64,000 nt of DNA from Gaiellaceae bacterium (GTDB taxonomy: Bacteria; Actinomycetota; Thermoleophilia; Gaiellales; Gaiellaceae), in assembly GCA_033857955.1 (NCBI GenBank), contig JAWVCW010000015.1:59514-123513 (forward strand). The letters run 5' to 3'. Below, piece after piece: positions 42,081 to 50,693 of the stretch. The first letter of the stretch is position 1. Every line of letters begins with the position of its first letter. Made by a program: the position numbers and the translations under genes. Below the pieces are notes generated by a model. It had not been told where the DNA came from and made no database searches. It was given only the letters and a program-made list of their open reading frames with translations.

Positions 42081-43673
42081 ATGGAAACGGCACCACCCGC
42101 AGACCCGCGACACGACAGCGACGAGCAGATGCTGCACAAGCTCGGCTACGCGCAGGAGCTCTTTCGGGCGATGGGCGGGTTCCAGAACTTCGCGATCTCG
42201 TTCACGATCATCTCGATCCTCGCCGGGTGCCTGACCTCGTACTACATCGCCTTCCAGTGGGGCGGTCCGGTGGCGGTCACTTGGGGCTGGCTGCTCGTCG
42301 GCGGCTTCTGCATCATCGTCTCGCTGGCGATGGGCGAGATCGCCTCGACGTACCCGACCGCCGGCGGTCTCTACTACTGGGCCTCGAGGCTCGGGAGCCC
42401 CGCCTGGGGCTGGTTCACCGGCTGGTTCAACCTCATCGGGCAGATCGCGGTGACCGCCGCCATCGGCTACGGGCTCGCGATCTTCGCCACGTCCTTGCTG
42501 GACCTGCTCTTCAACTACCCGAACACCTCGAAGTGGATCTTCGTCACCTACACGGTGGTGATGGCGATCGCCATCCTGCTCAACCTCTTCGCGGTCTCGA
42601 TCACGGCCGCCCTGAACACGATCTCGGCCTGGTGGCACATGGCCGGCGTCGCGTTCATCGTGCTCGTGCTGCTCGTCGTCCCGGACACGCACCAGTCCTT
42701 CGGCTACGTCTTCGGCGAGACCATCAACAACTCCGGGTTCAGCGGCGCAGGCTTCGGCGACTTCATGTTCCTCTACGTGTTCGGAATCGGCCTGCTGATG
42801 GCCCAGTACACGATCACGGGCTTCGACGCCTCGGCGCACATGGCCGAGGAGACACGGCAGGCGTCGCGGACGGCGGCGACCGGAATGGTGATGTCCGTCG
42901 TCGTCTCGGTCATCTTCGGCTTCTTCCTCCTACTCGCCGTGACGTTTGCGATCCCGGACACGCAGGGCGTGATCGACGCCGGCGGCTACGCGGTCACCTA
43001 CATCTGGACGACGGCGCTCGGCGCGACCTGGGCGAAGATCCTGCTCACGATCGTCGTGCTCGCGCAGATGTTCTGCCTCACTGCGTCGGTCACCTCGGCC
43101 TCGCGGATGATGTACGCGTTCTCGCGGGACCGTGCGGTCCCGGGCCACCAGCTGTGGCGTCGCATTTCGTCGCAGCGGGTGCCGCTCTACGCAGTCCTGG
43201 CTATCGGCATCCTCTCCTGGCTGCTGATGGTCCCGACTCTGAAAAACGCGGTGGTCGGCTATCTCGTCGGAACGTCGATCGCCGTGATCGGGCTCTACAT
43301 CGCGTTCGCGATCCCCGTGTACCTGCGCTGGCGTGCCGGCGACCGCTTCGAGCGGGGTGCCTGGCACCTCGGCGAGAAGTACAAGTGGATCGACCTGCTC
43401 GCGATCGGCTGGATCGCACTGATCTGCATCTTGTTCATGCTCCCGATCGCCCCGGCGGGCGTGCCGTGGGACGACGCGTTCGACTGGAACGTCGTCAACT
43501 ACGCACCGCTCACCGTCGGAGGCGCGTTCCTCCTCTTCGGCGGCTGGTACGTGCTGTCTGCGAAGAAGTGGTTCAAGGGGCCCGTCCGCCAGGGCACCGA
43601 GGAGGAGCTCGAGCGGATCGAGGCCGGCTTCGCTGCGGGTGGCCACGCCCCGCAGCCGGACCCGGCCGCCTGA
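42081..43673 (+). CDS. APC-superfamily amino acid or polyamine permease
   Basis: 530 aa with about 12-13 TM segments. GEIASTYPTAGGLYYW is the APC signature region. It is divergent from the gamma-glutamylation genes. Confidence 0.9.
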   Translation: METAPPADPRHDSDEQMLHKLGYAQELFRAMGGFQNFAISFTIISILAGCLTSYYIAFQWGGPVAVTWGWLLVGGFCIIVSLAMGEIASTYPTAGGLYYWASRLGSPAWGWFTGWFNLIGQIAVTAAIGYGLAIFATSLLDLLFNYPNTSKWIFVTYTVVMAIAILLNLFAVSITAALNTISAWWHMAGVAFIVLVLLVVPDTHQSFGYVFGETINNSGFSGAGFGDFMFLYVFGIGLLMAQYTITGFDASAHMAEETRQASRTAATGMVMSVVVSVIFGFFLLLAVTFAIPDTQGVIDAGGYAVTYIWTTALGATWAKILLTIVVLAQMFCLTASVTSASRMMYAFSRDRAVPGHQLWRRISSQRVPLYAVLAIGILSWLLMVPTLKNAVVGYLVGTSIAVIGLYIAFAIPVYLRWRAGDRFERGAWHLGEKYKWIDLLAIGWIALICILFMLPIAPAGVPWDDAFDWNVVNYAPLTVGGAFLLFGGWYVLSAKKWFKGPVRQGTEEELERIEAGFAAGGHAPQPDPAA

Positions 43674-43697
43674 GCAGCGAGCGGCCGTTGCGGAACC

Positions 43698-43726
43698 GAG
43701 AGGGGCGCCCGAAGGGCGCCCCTCTC
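43698..43726. terminator. Perfect 13-bp hairpin between convergent transporter genes
   Basis: GAGAGGGGCGCCC-GAA-GGGCGCCCCTCTC. Confidence 0.6.
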
Positions 43727-44987
43727 ACATCACGGACACCGGCTCCGGTGCCGCGGGTCGAGCCGACCTGATCAGCAGGACTGCGGCCGCCGCGACGAGC
43801 GCGAGCACGCCCGCGGCGAGGAAGGCGGCGGTGTATTCGCCGGTATGGGTGCGGATCAACCCGGCGCCCCAGGCAGCGGTCGCAGCGCCCAGCTGGTGCG
43901 CGGCGAAGATCCAGGCGAAGACGACGCCTGACTGCCGCCCGAAGTGGGCTGTGGTCAGCGCCGAGGTCGGCGGCACCGTCGCGACCCAGTCCAGCCCGTA
44001 GACGACAACGAAGGCGAACATCGCTGCGTGCGCCGAGTCGAAGACGATCGGGAGCGCCAACAGCGACAGCCCGCGAAGGGCGTAGTAGGCCAGCAGGAGC
44101 TTGCGGGGGTCGTACCGGTCAGTCAGCCATCCGGACGCTGTCGTTCCGACCACGTCGAAGACGCCGATCAACGCCAGCAGGCCGGCTGCGGTCACCTGGG
44201 TGATCCCGTGGTCGTGCGCAGCCGGAATCAGATGTGTGGAGACGAGCCCGTTCGTCGTGGCGCCGCAGACGAAGAAGGTCCCCGCGAGCAGCCAGAAGGT
44301 TGTCGAGCGCATCGCCATGGAGAGGGCGTCGAGCGCCGCGCCGAACGCGGGCGCGGCTGTAACGGGCGGCGGCTGCCAGCCCTCCTCCGCCCCGTATGGC
44401 GCTAGCCCGATGTCCTCCGGGCGGTCGCGCATGAACCGGAGCACGACCGGGAGGACGAGCAGCATCGCGACGACGGCAACCGCGAAGGCGGCCCACCGCC
44501 AGTCGAAGCCGGCGAGCCAGGCGAGCGCCGGCAGGAAGACGAGCTGTCCGGACGCGTAGCTCGCCGTCATCAGTCCGGTGACGAGACCTCGCCTGGCGAC
44601 GAACCAGCGGTTCGCGATGATCGCCGCCAGCGGGACAGAGACGGCGCCGGTCGCGAGGCCGTTGACGAGCCCCCAGAGCAGGAAGAGCTGCCACGTCTCG
44701 GTCATGCGGATCGTCAGCAGCGCCGACACGGCAATCGTGGCGAGCGAGACCCCGACGACGCGCCGAACGCCCGCGCGTTCCACCAGCGCCGCCGCGAACG
44801 GCGCGCTCAGGCCGAAGCAGAGCAGGTTCAGCGAGACAGCTAAGCCGATCGTCTCGTGACTCCAACCGAACTCCTGGTGCAGCGGGATCAGGAGCACGCC
44901 CGTCGTCGAGCGGAATCCCGATGCCATCACGAGCGACAGGAACGCGACCCCGGCGACGACCCAGGCGTAGTGGACACGGGCAGTCAC
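43725..44987 (-). CDS. MFS transporter
   Basis: 420 aa with 12 predicted TM helices and typical MFS loop motifs. Confidence 0.88.
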   Translation of the reverse strand: MTARVHYAWVVAGVAFLSLVMASGFRSTTGVLLIPLHQEFGWSHETIGLAVSLNLLCFGLSAPFAAALVERAGVRRVVGVSLATIAVSALLTIRMTETWQLFLLWGLVNGLATGAVSVPLAAIIANRWFVARRGLVTGLMTASYASGQLVFLPALAWLAGFDWRWAAFAVAVVAMLLVLPVVLRFMRDRPEDIGLAPYGAEEGWQPPPVTAAPAFGAALDALSMAMRSTTFWLLAGTFFVCGATTNGLVSTHLIPAAHDHGITQVTAAGLLALIGVFDVVGTTASGWLTDRYDPRKLLLAYYALRGLSLLALPIVFDSAHAAMFAFVVVYGLDWVATVPPTSALTTAHFGRQSGVVFAWIFAAHQLGAATAAWGAGLIRTHTGEYTAAFLAAGVLALVAAAAVLLIRSARPAAPEPVSVM

Positions 44988-45024
44988 GATGGTGACAACG
45001 TCCCCACTGTGGCCCGGCTTCCCA

Positions 45025-45786
45025 TCAACCGACCCAGGCCCCTCCGTTCTGGTCGATCGCCTGGCCTGTAACGCCCCGGGCGTCGTCGGACAGGAGCCAC
45101 GCGACCGTTCCGGCGATGTCCTGCGGCTGGGACATGCGGCCGAGCGGCACCTGCTGCATCGCCTCCCGGTAGGCGTCGTCGCGCGTGCCGCCCGTCGCGG
45201 CAGCCATTCCCTCGAGCCCCTCCCACGCCATGTCGGTGTCCACCCAGCCGGGGCAGATCGCGTTCACCTGGATGTTCTCGCCGGCCAGCTCGGCAGCGAA
45301 GGAGCGGACGAGCCCGAGGAGGCCGGCCTTCGACGCCGAGTACCCGGTGTAGCCCGGAACGGCGATCCGGGCGAGGATCGACGCGATCACGACGAGGTGG
45401 CGAGTGTCGGGCCCGGGAGCGAGATGGCGAAGAGCGGCGCGCGCCGAGTAGTACGTGCCCGAGAGGTTCGTCGCCACGAGATCGTCGAAGCGGTCGCCGG
45501 GGCCGTCGGCGTTCGCGCCGCCGAGCCCGCTGTTGGCGACAAGCGCATGGATCGGACCGCGCTCGGCCGCGGCCGTGGCGAAGACGGCGTCGACCTGGTC
45601 GCGGTCGCGGACGTCGCACGCGGCTGCACCCGCCCCGATCGCAGCGGCCACCTCGCGCAGCCGCTCGAGATCGCGCGCGAGGATCGTCAGTGTCGCGCCC
45701 TCGGCCGCGAGGCGTTCCGCGATCGCCTTCCCGATCCCCTTGCCGCCGCCGGTGACGACGACGTGCTTGCCCGCGAGTCTCTGCAT
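45025..45786 (-). CDS. Short-chain dehydrogenase/reductase (FabG-like)
   Basis: ATG 45786: MQRLAGKHVVVTGGGKGIGKAIA..., then NSG and YSASKAG. Confidence 0.9.
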   Translation of the reverse strand: MQRLAGKHVVVTGGGKGIGKAIAERLAAEGATLTILARDLERLREVAAAIGAGAAACDVRDRDQVDAVFATAAAERGPIHALVANSGLGGANADGPGDRFDDLVATNLSGTYYSARAALRHLAPGPDTRHLVVIASILARIAVPGYTGYSASKAGLLGLVRSFAAELAGENIQVNAICPGWVDTDMAWEGLEGMAAATGGTRDDAYREAMQQVPLGRMSQPQDIAGTVAWLLSDDARGVTGQAIDQNGGAWVG

Positions 45787-45961
45787 CAGTCCCCTTTGTC
45801 GCTCTTTGCGTGAACTTTCGCCCAGGTTCGCTCTTGCGGCCCGGTGTGTCCGAGCATAGATTCCTGGTTCGCCGCGGCCCGTTCCTTCGGTCACCCCGCC
45901 CGGCCACCTCTCCTAGTACGTCTTGCACGATCGACAAACCAACCCGTTGATTAAAGAAAAA

Positions 45962-45976
45962 GTCGCAATTTGCGAC
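45962..45976. promoter_or_regulatory. Operator-like palindrome GTCGCAA-T-TTGCGAC, centred 27 bp upstream of the -35 hexamer (second copy at 46310-46322)
   Basis: Perfect 7-nt arms in copy 1 and 5 of 6 in copy 2 (TCGCAA-T-TTGCGG). Spacing to the promoter is identical in both. Confidence 0.45.
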
Positions 45977-45995
45977 CACGGTCCTCGGAGCTCCC

Positions 45996-46024
45996 TTGAC
46001 GCTCGCGCGGCCCGGCCCTAGGTT
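45996..46024 (+). promoter_or_regulatory. Sigma-70-like promoter candidate: TTGACG, 17 nt, TAGGTT
   Basis: The hexamers are similar and the 17-nt spacing is the same in both copies, while the spacer sequence diverges. An AT-rich stretch lies upstream. Confidence 0.45.
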
Positions 46025-46030
46025 CCCCCT

Positions 46031-46193
46031 TGCAGCGAGCACGGAGCGAGATTAGGTCGAGGCTCCACCGGAGGACGAGTAGGCGGAAGCCGAAACGTCA
46101 GTCGGAGGAGCGGACGAAATCGCCACCGACTCGCTGAATTTTTTGTGGCGCAGTCGGAAACCGGATCTGCGGCAGCAGATCCGGTTTCGCGCC
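46031..46193 (+). ncRNA. Candidate structured RNA, copy 1 (unclassified; riboswitch-like or sRNA)
   Basis: Closing stem CAGCGAG/CTCGCTG. Inner stem GCTCCACCG/CGGAGGAGC. Conserved GTAGGCGGAAGCCGAAA (GGC-GGAA-GCC hairpin). 3' hairpin GGCGC..GAAACCGGATCTGC-GGCA-GCAGATCCGGTTTC-GCGCC. Confidence 0.5.
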
Positions 46194-46342
46194 AAGATCC
46201 CTGAAGCTGCTTGGGTCGGGTTCGGGGCTCACTCATCTCTCTCGCTCGCTGGGATCAGTGACCGACGTTAAGGCGTCGATCGCAAATCTATGCCTTCTTA
46301 AGGAAAAGATCGCAATTTGCGGACTTCGCGTTTTTGGAGCCC

Positions 46343-46371
46343 TTGCGCACTGTCTTGATCGGCCCTAGATT
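46343..46371 (+). promoter_or_regulatory. Sigma-70-like promoter candidate: TTGCGC, 17 nt, TAGATT
   Basis: Equivalent position in module 2. Confidence 0.45.
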
Positions 46372-46377
46372 CGTCCT

Positions 46378-46539
46378 TGCAGCGAGCACGGGACGCGAGT
46401 AGGTCGAGTCCACACCGGTAGGCCGTAGGCGGAAGCCGAAAGTCCGTCGGTGTGGCGGACGAAAGCGCACCCGGCTCGCTGAATTTCTTTGTGGCGCAAT
46501 CGGAAACCGGATCTGCGGAAGCAGATCCGGTTTCGCGCC
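46378..46539 (+). ncRNA. Candidate structured RNA, copy 2, 79 nt upstream of the MFS transporter ATG
   Basis: Same architecture as copy 1. The inner stem becomes CCACACCG/CGGTGTGG, which is a compensatory change relative to copy 1. Confidence 0.5.
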
Positions 46540-46617
46540 AAGATCCCTGAAGCTGCTTGGGTTGGATTCGGGGCTCGCTCATCCTTTCTGGCTTGGCTCA
46601 GCCGGTAACGTCGGGCC

Positions 46618-47769
46618 ATGCGTCGCCTTCTCATGCTCGTGTGCGTGATCGTGTTTGTTGACGCGATGTTGTTTGGCGCGCTCGCGCCGCTCGTGCCCGG
46701 CTACGCCGAGGTGTTCGGGCTCTCGACGACAGGCGCCGGGTTGCTCGTGGGCTCGTTCGGCGCCGGCGCTGTGCTCGGCGCGATCCCCGGTGGCCTGGCC
46801 GCGGCGAGATTCGGCCCGAAGCCCGCCGTCGTCGCAGGACTCGTCCTGCTCGCCTTCGCCAGCTTCGCCTTCGCCGCCGCTGACGGGGCGTGGGCACTCG
46901 GGCTCGCTCGGCTCGTCCAGGGAGTCTCGAGCACGATCACCTGGGCCGGCGCGTTTGCCTGGTTGACCGTCGCCACACCGCGGGAACGTCGTGGCGAGGT
47001 GATCGGCACGGCGTTCGCCGCGGCTGTGTTCGGCGCCATCCTCGGCCCGATGTTCGGCGCCATCGCCGACGCCGTCAGCGTCCGCGTCTTCTTCGCGGCT
47101 GTCGGCCTCGTCGCGGCGGCACTCGCCGCGGCGGCCGCTACCCGTCCGGGCTCGCCTGCAGAGAGGCACGCGCCCGGCGCGGCCAGACGAGCCTTCGCCG
47201 ACCGCAGCTTCCTCGGCGGACTCTGGCTGAACACCCTCCCCGCTCTCCTCTTCGGGATGCTCGTCGTCCTCGTCCCGCTCCAGCTCGACGAAGGAGGCTT
47301 CACGCCATTCGCCGTCGGCACCGTCTTCCTCCTCGCCGGGCTCCTCGAGACCGTCGTCAACCCACTCCTCGGCCGTTTCTCCGACCGACGCGGCCGCCTG
47401 CTCCCGATCCGGGCCGCGCTCGCCGGCTCGATCGCCGTCGCGCTCGCGTTCGCGGTCGCACGCGACCCGTACGCGATCGCGTTCCTGGCCGTGCTCGCGG
47501 CGCTCTCGTTCGGGGCCTTCTACACACCGGGGATCGCGCTCGTCTCAGACCGCACGGAGGCGGCCGGTCTCTCGCAGGCACTCGGCTTCGGGATCATGAA
47601 CACGGCGTGGGCGCTCGGGAACATGAGCGGCCCGCCGCTGTCGGGCGTGGTCGCGGACGCAGCCGGGGAGGGAGTCCCCTACGTGCTCGCCGCCATCCTT
47701 TGCGCGCTCACGCTCGCTGCGACGTTGCGGCTGAGCTCGCGAGCGGGAACCGCTCGAGCACCCACCTAG
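46618..47769 (+). CDS. MFS transporter
   Basis: 383 aa with about 12 TM helices. Confidence 0.88.
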   Translation: MRRLLMLVCVIVFVDAMLFGALAPLVPGYAEVFGLSTTGAGLLVGSFGAGAVLGAIPGGLAAARFGPKPAVVAGLVLLAFASFAFAAADGAWALGLARLVQGVSSTITWAGAFAWLTVATPRERRGEVIGTAFAAAVFGAILGPMFGAIADAVSVRVFFAAVGLVAAALAAAAATRPGSPAERHAPGAARRAFADRSFLGGLWLNTLPALLFGMLVVLVPLQLDEGGFTPFAVGTVFLLAGLLETVVNPLLGRFSDRRGRLLPIRAALAGSIAVALAFAVARDPYAIAFLAVLAALSFGAFYTPGIALVSDRTEAAGLSQALGFGIMNTAWALGNMSGPPLSGVVADAAGEGVPYVLAAILCALTLAATLRLSSRAGTARAPT

Positions 47770-48223
47770 CGTCGAGCCGGCGCTTCGAGTAGTGCTCGCC
47801 GTTGACGAGCGCGTGGTCACCCGTCTGCGGATCCATCGGCAGTCGCGCCTCGGCCGGATACCAGCGGTTGTGCCGCTCGATCAGGTCGTTCACCTCGCTG
47901 AACTCCCAGCGCTCGGCAAGCACGCGCCAGGCTGACGGATCGCCGGCCTGTAGCTCGTACTCCGCCGCGAGGGCCCGCTCGTGCTCGGCCGTGAACGCCG
48001 CGATCTCGCGCAGCCGGACCATGTACGGCGGCGGCCCGCCAAGCGAGGCGAGGTAGCTGCTCGCATCGGGGCGGAAGTGGCGCAGCCGCAGCCCGATCGG
48101 CTTGCCCGCCAGCGGGCTGTCCCGCATGTCTGCCTCGAGCCCCTGGAGATTCCGCCGATCGCGCGGGGTTTCGGGCAGCACCACTCCCTGACGCATGATC
48201 CGGTCGCGCTCGCGCCGCTCCAC
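47708..48223 (-). CDS. Hypothetical protein
   Basis: 171-aa ORF with balanced composition. Its 3' end overlaps the convergent MFS gene by 62 nt. Confidence 0.5.
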   Translation of the reverse strand: MERRERDRIMRQGVVLPETPRDRRNLQGLEADMRDSPLAGKPIGLRLRHFRPDASSYLASLGGPPPYMVRLREIAAFTAEHERALAAEYELQAGDPSAWRVLAERWEFSEVNDLIERHNRWYPAEARLPMDPQTGDHALVNGEHYSKRRLDARWVLERFPLASSAATSQRA

Positions 48224-48232
48224 ACGGCCAGC

Positions 48233-48427
48233 CTAGCGCCCGAGCAGGCGGCTCAGGAAAGACGGGCGCGGCTGGTGCTCCGGCTGCGATTCCGCCGGCG
48301 GCTCTTGCTCCGGTGCCTCGTAGAGCGCCCGCACGTTCTCGGTCGACCGCTGCCGGGCCTGCTCGGCCCGCTCGCGGTCTCCCCGCAGGGCAGCACGCAT
48401 GTCGTGGATCTGGCTCTCTTCCTTCAC
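48233..48427 (-). CDS. Hypothetical small charged protein
   Basis: 64 aa. It overlaps the stop codon of the upstream ORF (48424). Confidence 0.4.
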   Translation of the reverse strand: MKEESQIHDMRAALRGDRERAEQARQRSTENVRALYEAPEQEPPAESQPEHQPRPSFLSRLLGR

Positions 48428-48876
48428 CGGTCGAAGGTTCGATCCGCCTTCGGCGGTTCCTGCCTTTCGAGGTACGCACAGCGGCGTCTGTCGCCCGGCA
48501 GCGGCGAGGGCCCCAGCCTGACCGCGATGAAGTCATCTCCATCGATCTCGACGAGATCTGCTTGCGCGGGTGGCGCTCCCTCCCGCTCCAGCAGCCGATA
48601 GCCGTCCACGGAGGCGACGAGGAGCAGATGGCCGTCGACGGACGGCCCAGGGTTCGGGACAGGGGTCGAGACAGGGTTCCGGACCGGGTTCGGTGCAGGA
48701 TTGGGCGCCAGCACCGCGTGCTGGGCGGGCTGTGGAGCCGGCCCGGGAGCCGGACTGACCGCCACCTCGTCGAGCAGCACGACGACGCGCTCGATCAACT
48801 CCGCGAGCCGCTCGAGCGAGGGCAGGAGGACAGGCGGCGGCGGACGCCGCTGGCGAAACGATCGCCGAAACCACAT
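48424..48876 (-). CDS. Hypothetical protein with a PNP-rich linker
   Basis: 150 aa. Contains LAPNPAPNPVRNPVSTPVPNP between two structured-looking halves. Confidence 0.4.
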   Translation of the reverse strand: MWFRRSFRQRRPPPPVLLPSLERLAELIERVVVLLDEVAVSPAPGPAPQPAQHAVLAPNPAPNPVRNPVSTPVPNPGPSVDGHLLLVASVDGYRLLEREGAPPAQADLVEIDGDDFIAVRLGPSPLPGDRRRCAYLERQEPPKADRTFDR

Positions 48877-48913
48877 GCGGGCGGGTTCGCCCCGCTTTCG
48901 CTTCTCCCTGCGC

Positions 48914-49825
48914 CTACGGCGTCAGGTCGCCGTCGACGTACTCGATCGAGACGACCTCGGAGGTAGCCGCGTAGGCCTCGTCGCCGTCGGATGTCTCCCG
49001 CTCGACACCGGCGCCGTGCTTCAACGCCGTCTCGTCCACCGGGTACAGAAGCCCGGGCTTCCCGCGCCCACCCACTGCGATGACGACGAGTGGCTCGGAC
49101 CCGGCCGCGACGATCACGTGCTTCGTCCAGGGCGGGCAGTGGACGAAGTCCCAGGCCTGCAGCGGCCTCTCCTCGCCTTCGACGATCAGGATCCCCTCAC
49201 CGGCAAGGACGAGGAAGTTCTCCTGCGCCTCCTCGCCGTGGTACATGCACGCCGGCTGGCCCGGCTGCATGACGCCGATGTTGATGCCGATCTCCCGGAA
49301 CCGCGCCTCATCCTTGCCCTCCCAGCGGGTGTAGCGGCCGAACTCGGCGCTCTCCCGCCAGACGGCCTCCTTCGTGTTCAGGACGTACCACCCCTCGCCC
49401 TCGGGCAGGAGGCCGTGGTCGGTCTTCGTCAGTTGCGCCTCCTTCACCTCTCCGGCTGCCCGTGCAGCCTCTACCAGTTTCGCGGGCGCGACCTCCGCGT
49501 ACGCGTCCTCGGCAATCCCTGCGAGCTCGTCCCAGTCGAGCCCGCGGTCGAGCCGGACTCCCAACCAGCCGCGGTGCCCGACGTAGGGTGGCCGGAAGAA
49601 GCGTTCGGGATCTGCGGCCACGAGCACTCCCTGGTTCCCCTCCGCTGCGGCACACCAGATCGCGAAACGGCCGTCGCCGTGGTGATTCGTCAAGACCATC
49701 AGGAACGCGCGCCTGTCGCGGACGAAGAACGTCGGCGCGCCGTGGCTCACGCGCTCGTTCGTCTCGGGCAGCGCGAGGCAGATCTCGCGGATCTTGTCCA
49801 GTACGCCTTCCTCGCTGGCCTTCAC
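48914..49825 (-). CDS. Fusion of a YjbR/MmcQ-like domain with a cupin domain
   Basis: N-terminus LDKIREICLALPETNERVSHGAPTFFVRDRRAF...GWLGVRLD. The C-terminal cupin has GINIGVMQPGQPACMYHGEEAQENFLVLAGEG. Confidence 0.7.
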   Translation of the reverse strand: MKASEEGVLDKIREICLALPETNERVSHGAPTFFVRDRRAFLMVLTNHHGDGRFAIWCAAAEGNQGVLVAADPERFFRPPYVGHRGWLGVRLDRGLDWDELAGIAEDAYAEVAPAKLVEAARAAGEVKEAQLTKTDHGLLPEGEGWYVLNTKEAVWRESAEFGRYTRWEGKDEARFREIGINIGVMQPGQPACMYHGEEAQENFLVLAGEGILIVEGEERPLQAWDFVHCPPWTKHVIVAAGSEPLVVIAVGGRGKPGLLYPVDETALKHGAGVERETSDGDEAYAATSEVVSIEYVDGDLTP

Positions 49826-50693
49826 CCTTCGATCCTTGCATACGATCGCGCAGGTGGACGAGCCCCGCCGCCACCTCGTCTACAGCGTCACCAAGACATT
49901 CCTCGGCGTCCTCTGCCTGCGCCTCGGCCTCGAGCTCGATGCCCCGGCCGGTCACGGGGCCACGCTGCGGCAGCTTCTGAACCACACCGCCGGGATCCCG
50001 GATTACGGGCCCAGCCGGCTGCCGGAGTACGCCGCCGCAGTACGCAACTCGCCTTCCGAGCCGTGGGGGGACGATGAGCTGCTCGAGCGAGCGCTGGCGC
50101 AAGGGCGCGACTTCGAGCCGGGCGCAGGGTGGGCGTACTCGAACACCGGCTACCTGCTCGTTCGCAGACTCGTCGACGAGGTCGCGAAGGGCGGCTTCGC
50201 CGGCGCACTCGAGCGGGAGATCCTCGAGCCCCTCGGGCTGACGCACACGACGCTCGCGCTCGAGCTCGACGATCTCGACGGTCTCGTGCCGGCCTCGAGC
50301 GCGGAGATCGGGACCGAAGCGCGTGACGTGCGCGGCGTCTACCACCCGCGGTGGGTCGGCCACCGCACGCTGGCCTCGACCGAGACCGATATGCGCCGCT
50401 TCTGGACAGCGCTCGCCGCGGGCGAGCTCGTCGACCTCGCGGTGCTCACGGAGTCGGTCGAGATCGGCTACGACGCTCCCGGCTTCGTTCGGCCGAGCTA
50501 CGGCCTAGGAGTGATGACCGACCCCGGCCGCACGGACGGCTTCCTGATCGGTCACGGCGGCGGCGGGCCGGGCTACGCGGCCGCAACGTTCGCCGTCGTA
50601 CGTGAGACGGGCGGCCCGCTCGTCGCGATCGTGTTGAGCGCGGACGAGCGGGCCGATGTCCAGGCGAAAGCCCTCTGCCTGCTAGCCGGCTAG
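49794..50693 (+). CDS. Serine hydrolase of the beta-lactamase/transpeptidase-like family
   Basis: SxxK motif in YSVTKTF, then YSNTGY. The N-terminus is short and overlaps the divergent gene, so the start is uncertain. Confidence 0.7.
   Translation: MSSTPSSLAFTLRSLHTIAQVDEPRRHLVYSVTKTFLGVLCLRLGLELDAPAGHGATLRQLLNHTAGIPDYGPSRLPEYAAAVRNSPSEPWGDDELLERALAQGRDFEPGAGWAYSNTGYLLVRRLVDEVAKGGFAGALEREILEPLGLTHTTLALELDDLDGLVPASSAEIGTEARDVRGVYHPRWVGHRTLASTETDMRRFWTALAAGELVDLAVLTESVEIGYDAPGFVRPSYGLGVMTDPGRTDGFLIGHGGGGPGYAAATFAVVRETGGPLVAIVLSADERADVQAKALCLLAG

Larger units (their letters stand above)
45951..46583 (+). repeat. Tandem duplication (two modules of about 287 bp, period about 346-347 bp), each made of a palindrome, a promoter-like sequence, a structured RNA and a conserved tail
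   Basis: Modules at 45951-46237 and 46298-46583 align along their whole length, with scattered substitutions and small indels. They are separated by 60 bp of unique sequence. Confidence 0.9.

Noticed and set aside
46018-46140. A possible match of the candidate RNA to the guanidine-I (ykkC) or c-di-AMP (ydaO) riboswitches. The cues were CTAGGTTCC, GGTCGAG, GGCGGACGAAAGCGCACCCGG and GTAGGCGGAAGCCGAAA(C)GTC.
   Set aside because: Only short, partial resemblances to the consensus blocks as I remember them. Key invariant segments are missing or are not conserved between the two copies, for example ACACGGCGGGA...GCCCGGGAGA of ykkC and GGGGUGAAUC of ydaO. The CTAGGTT block fits better as a -10 element. 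This needs an Infernal/Rfam scan.
46018-46582. Two minus-strand ORFs beginning MSEPR(T/I)(R/Q)PKQLQGSWRETGSA..., one per repeat module (46018-46236 and 46298-46582). I considered them as duplicated small protein genes.
   Set aside because: The similarity follows DNA conservation, not protein conservation. After about 32 codons an indel shifts the frame between the copies. Their ribosome-binding-site spacing is poor. The compensatory stem changes fit an RNA better. Coding cannot be fully excluded without expression data.
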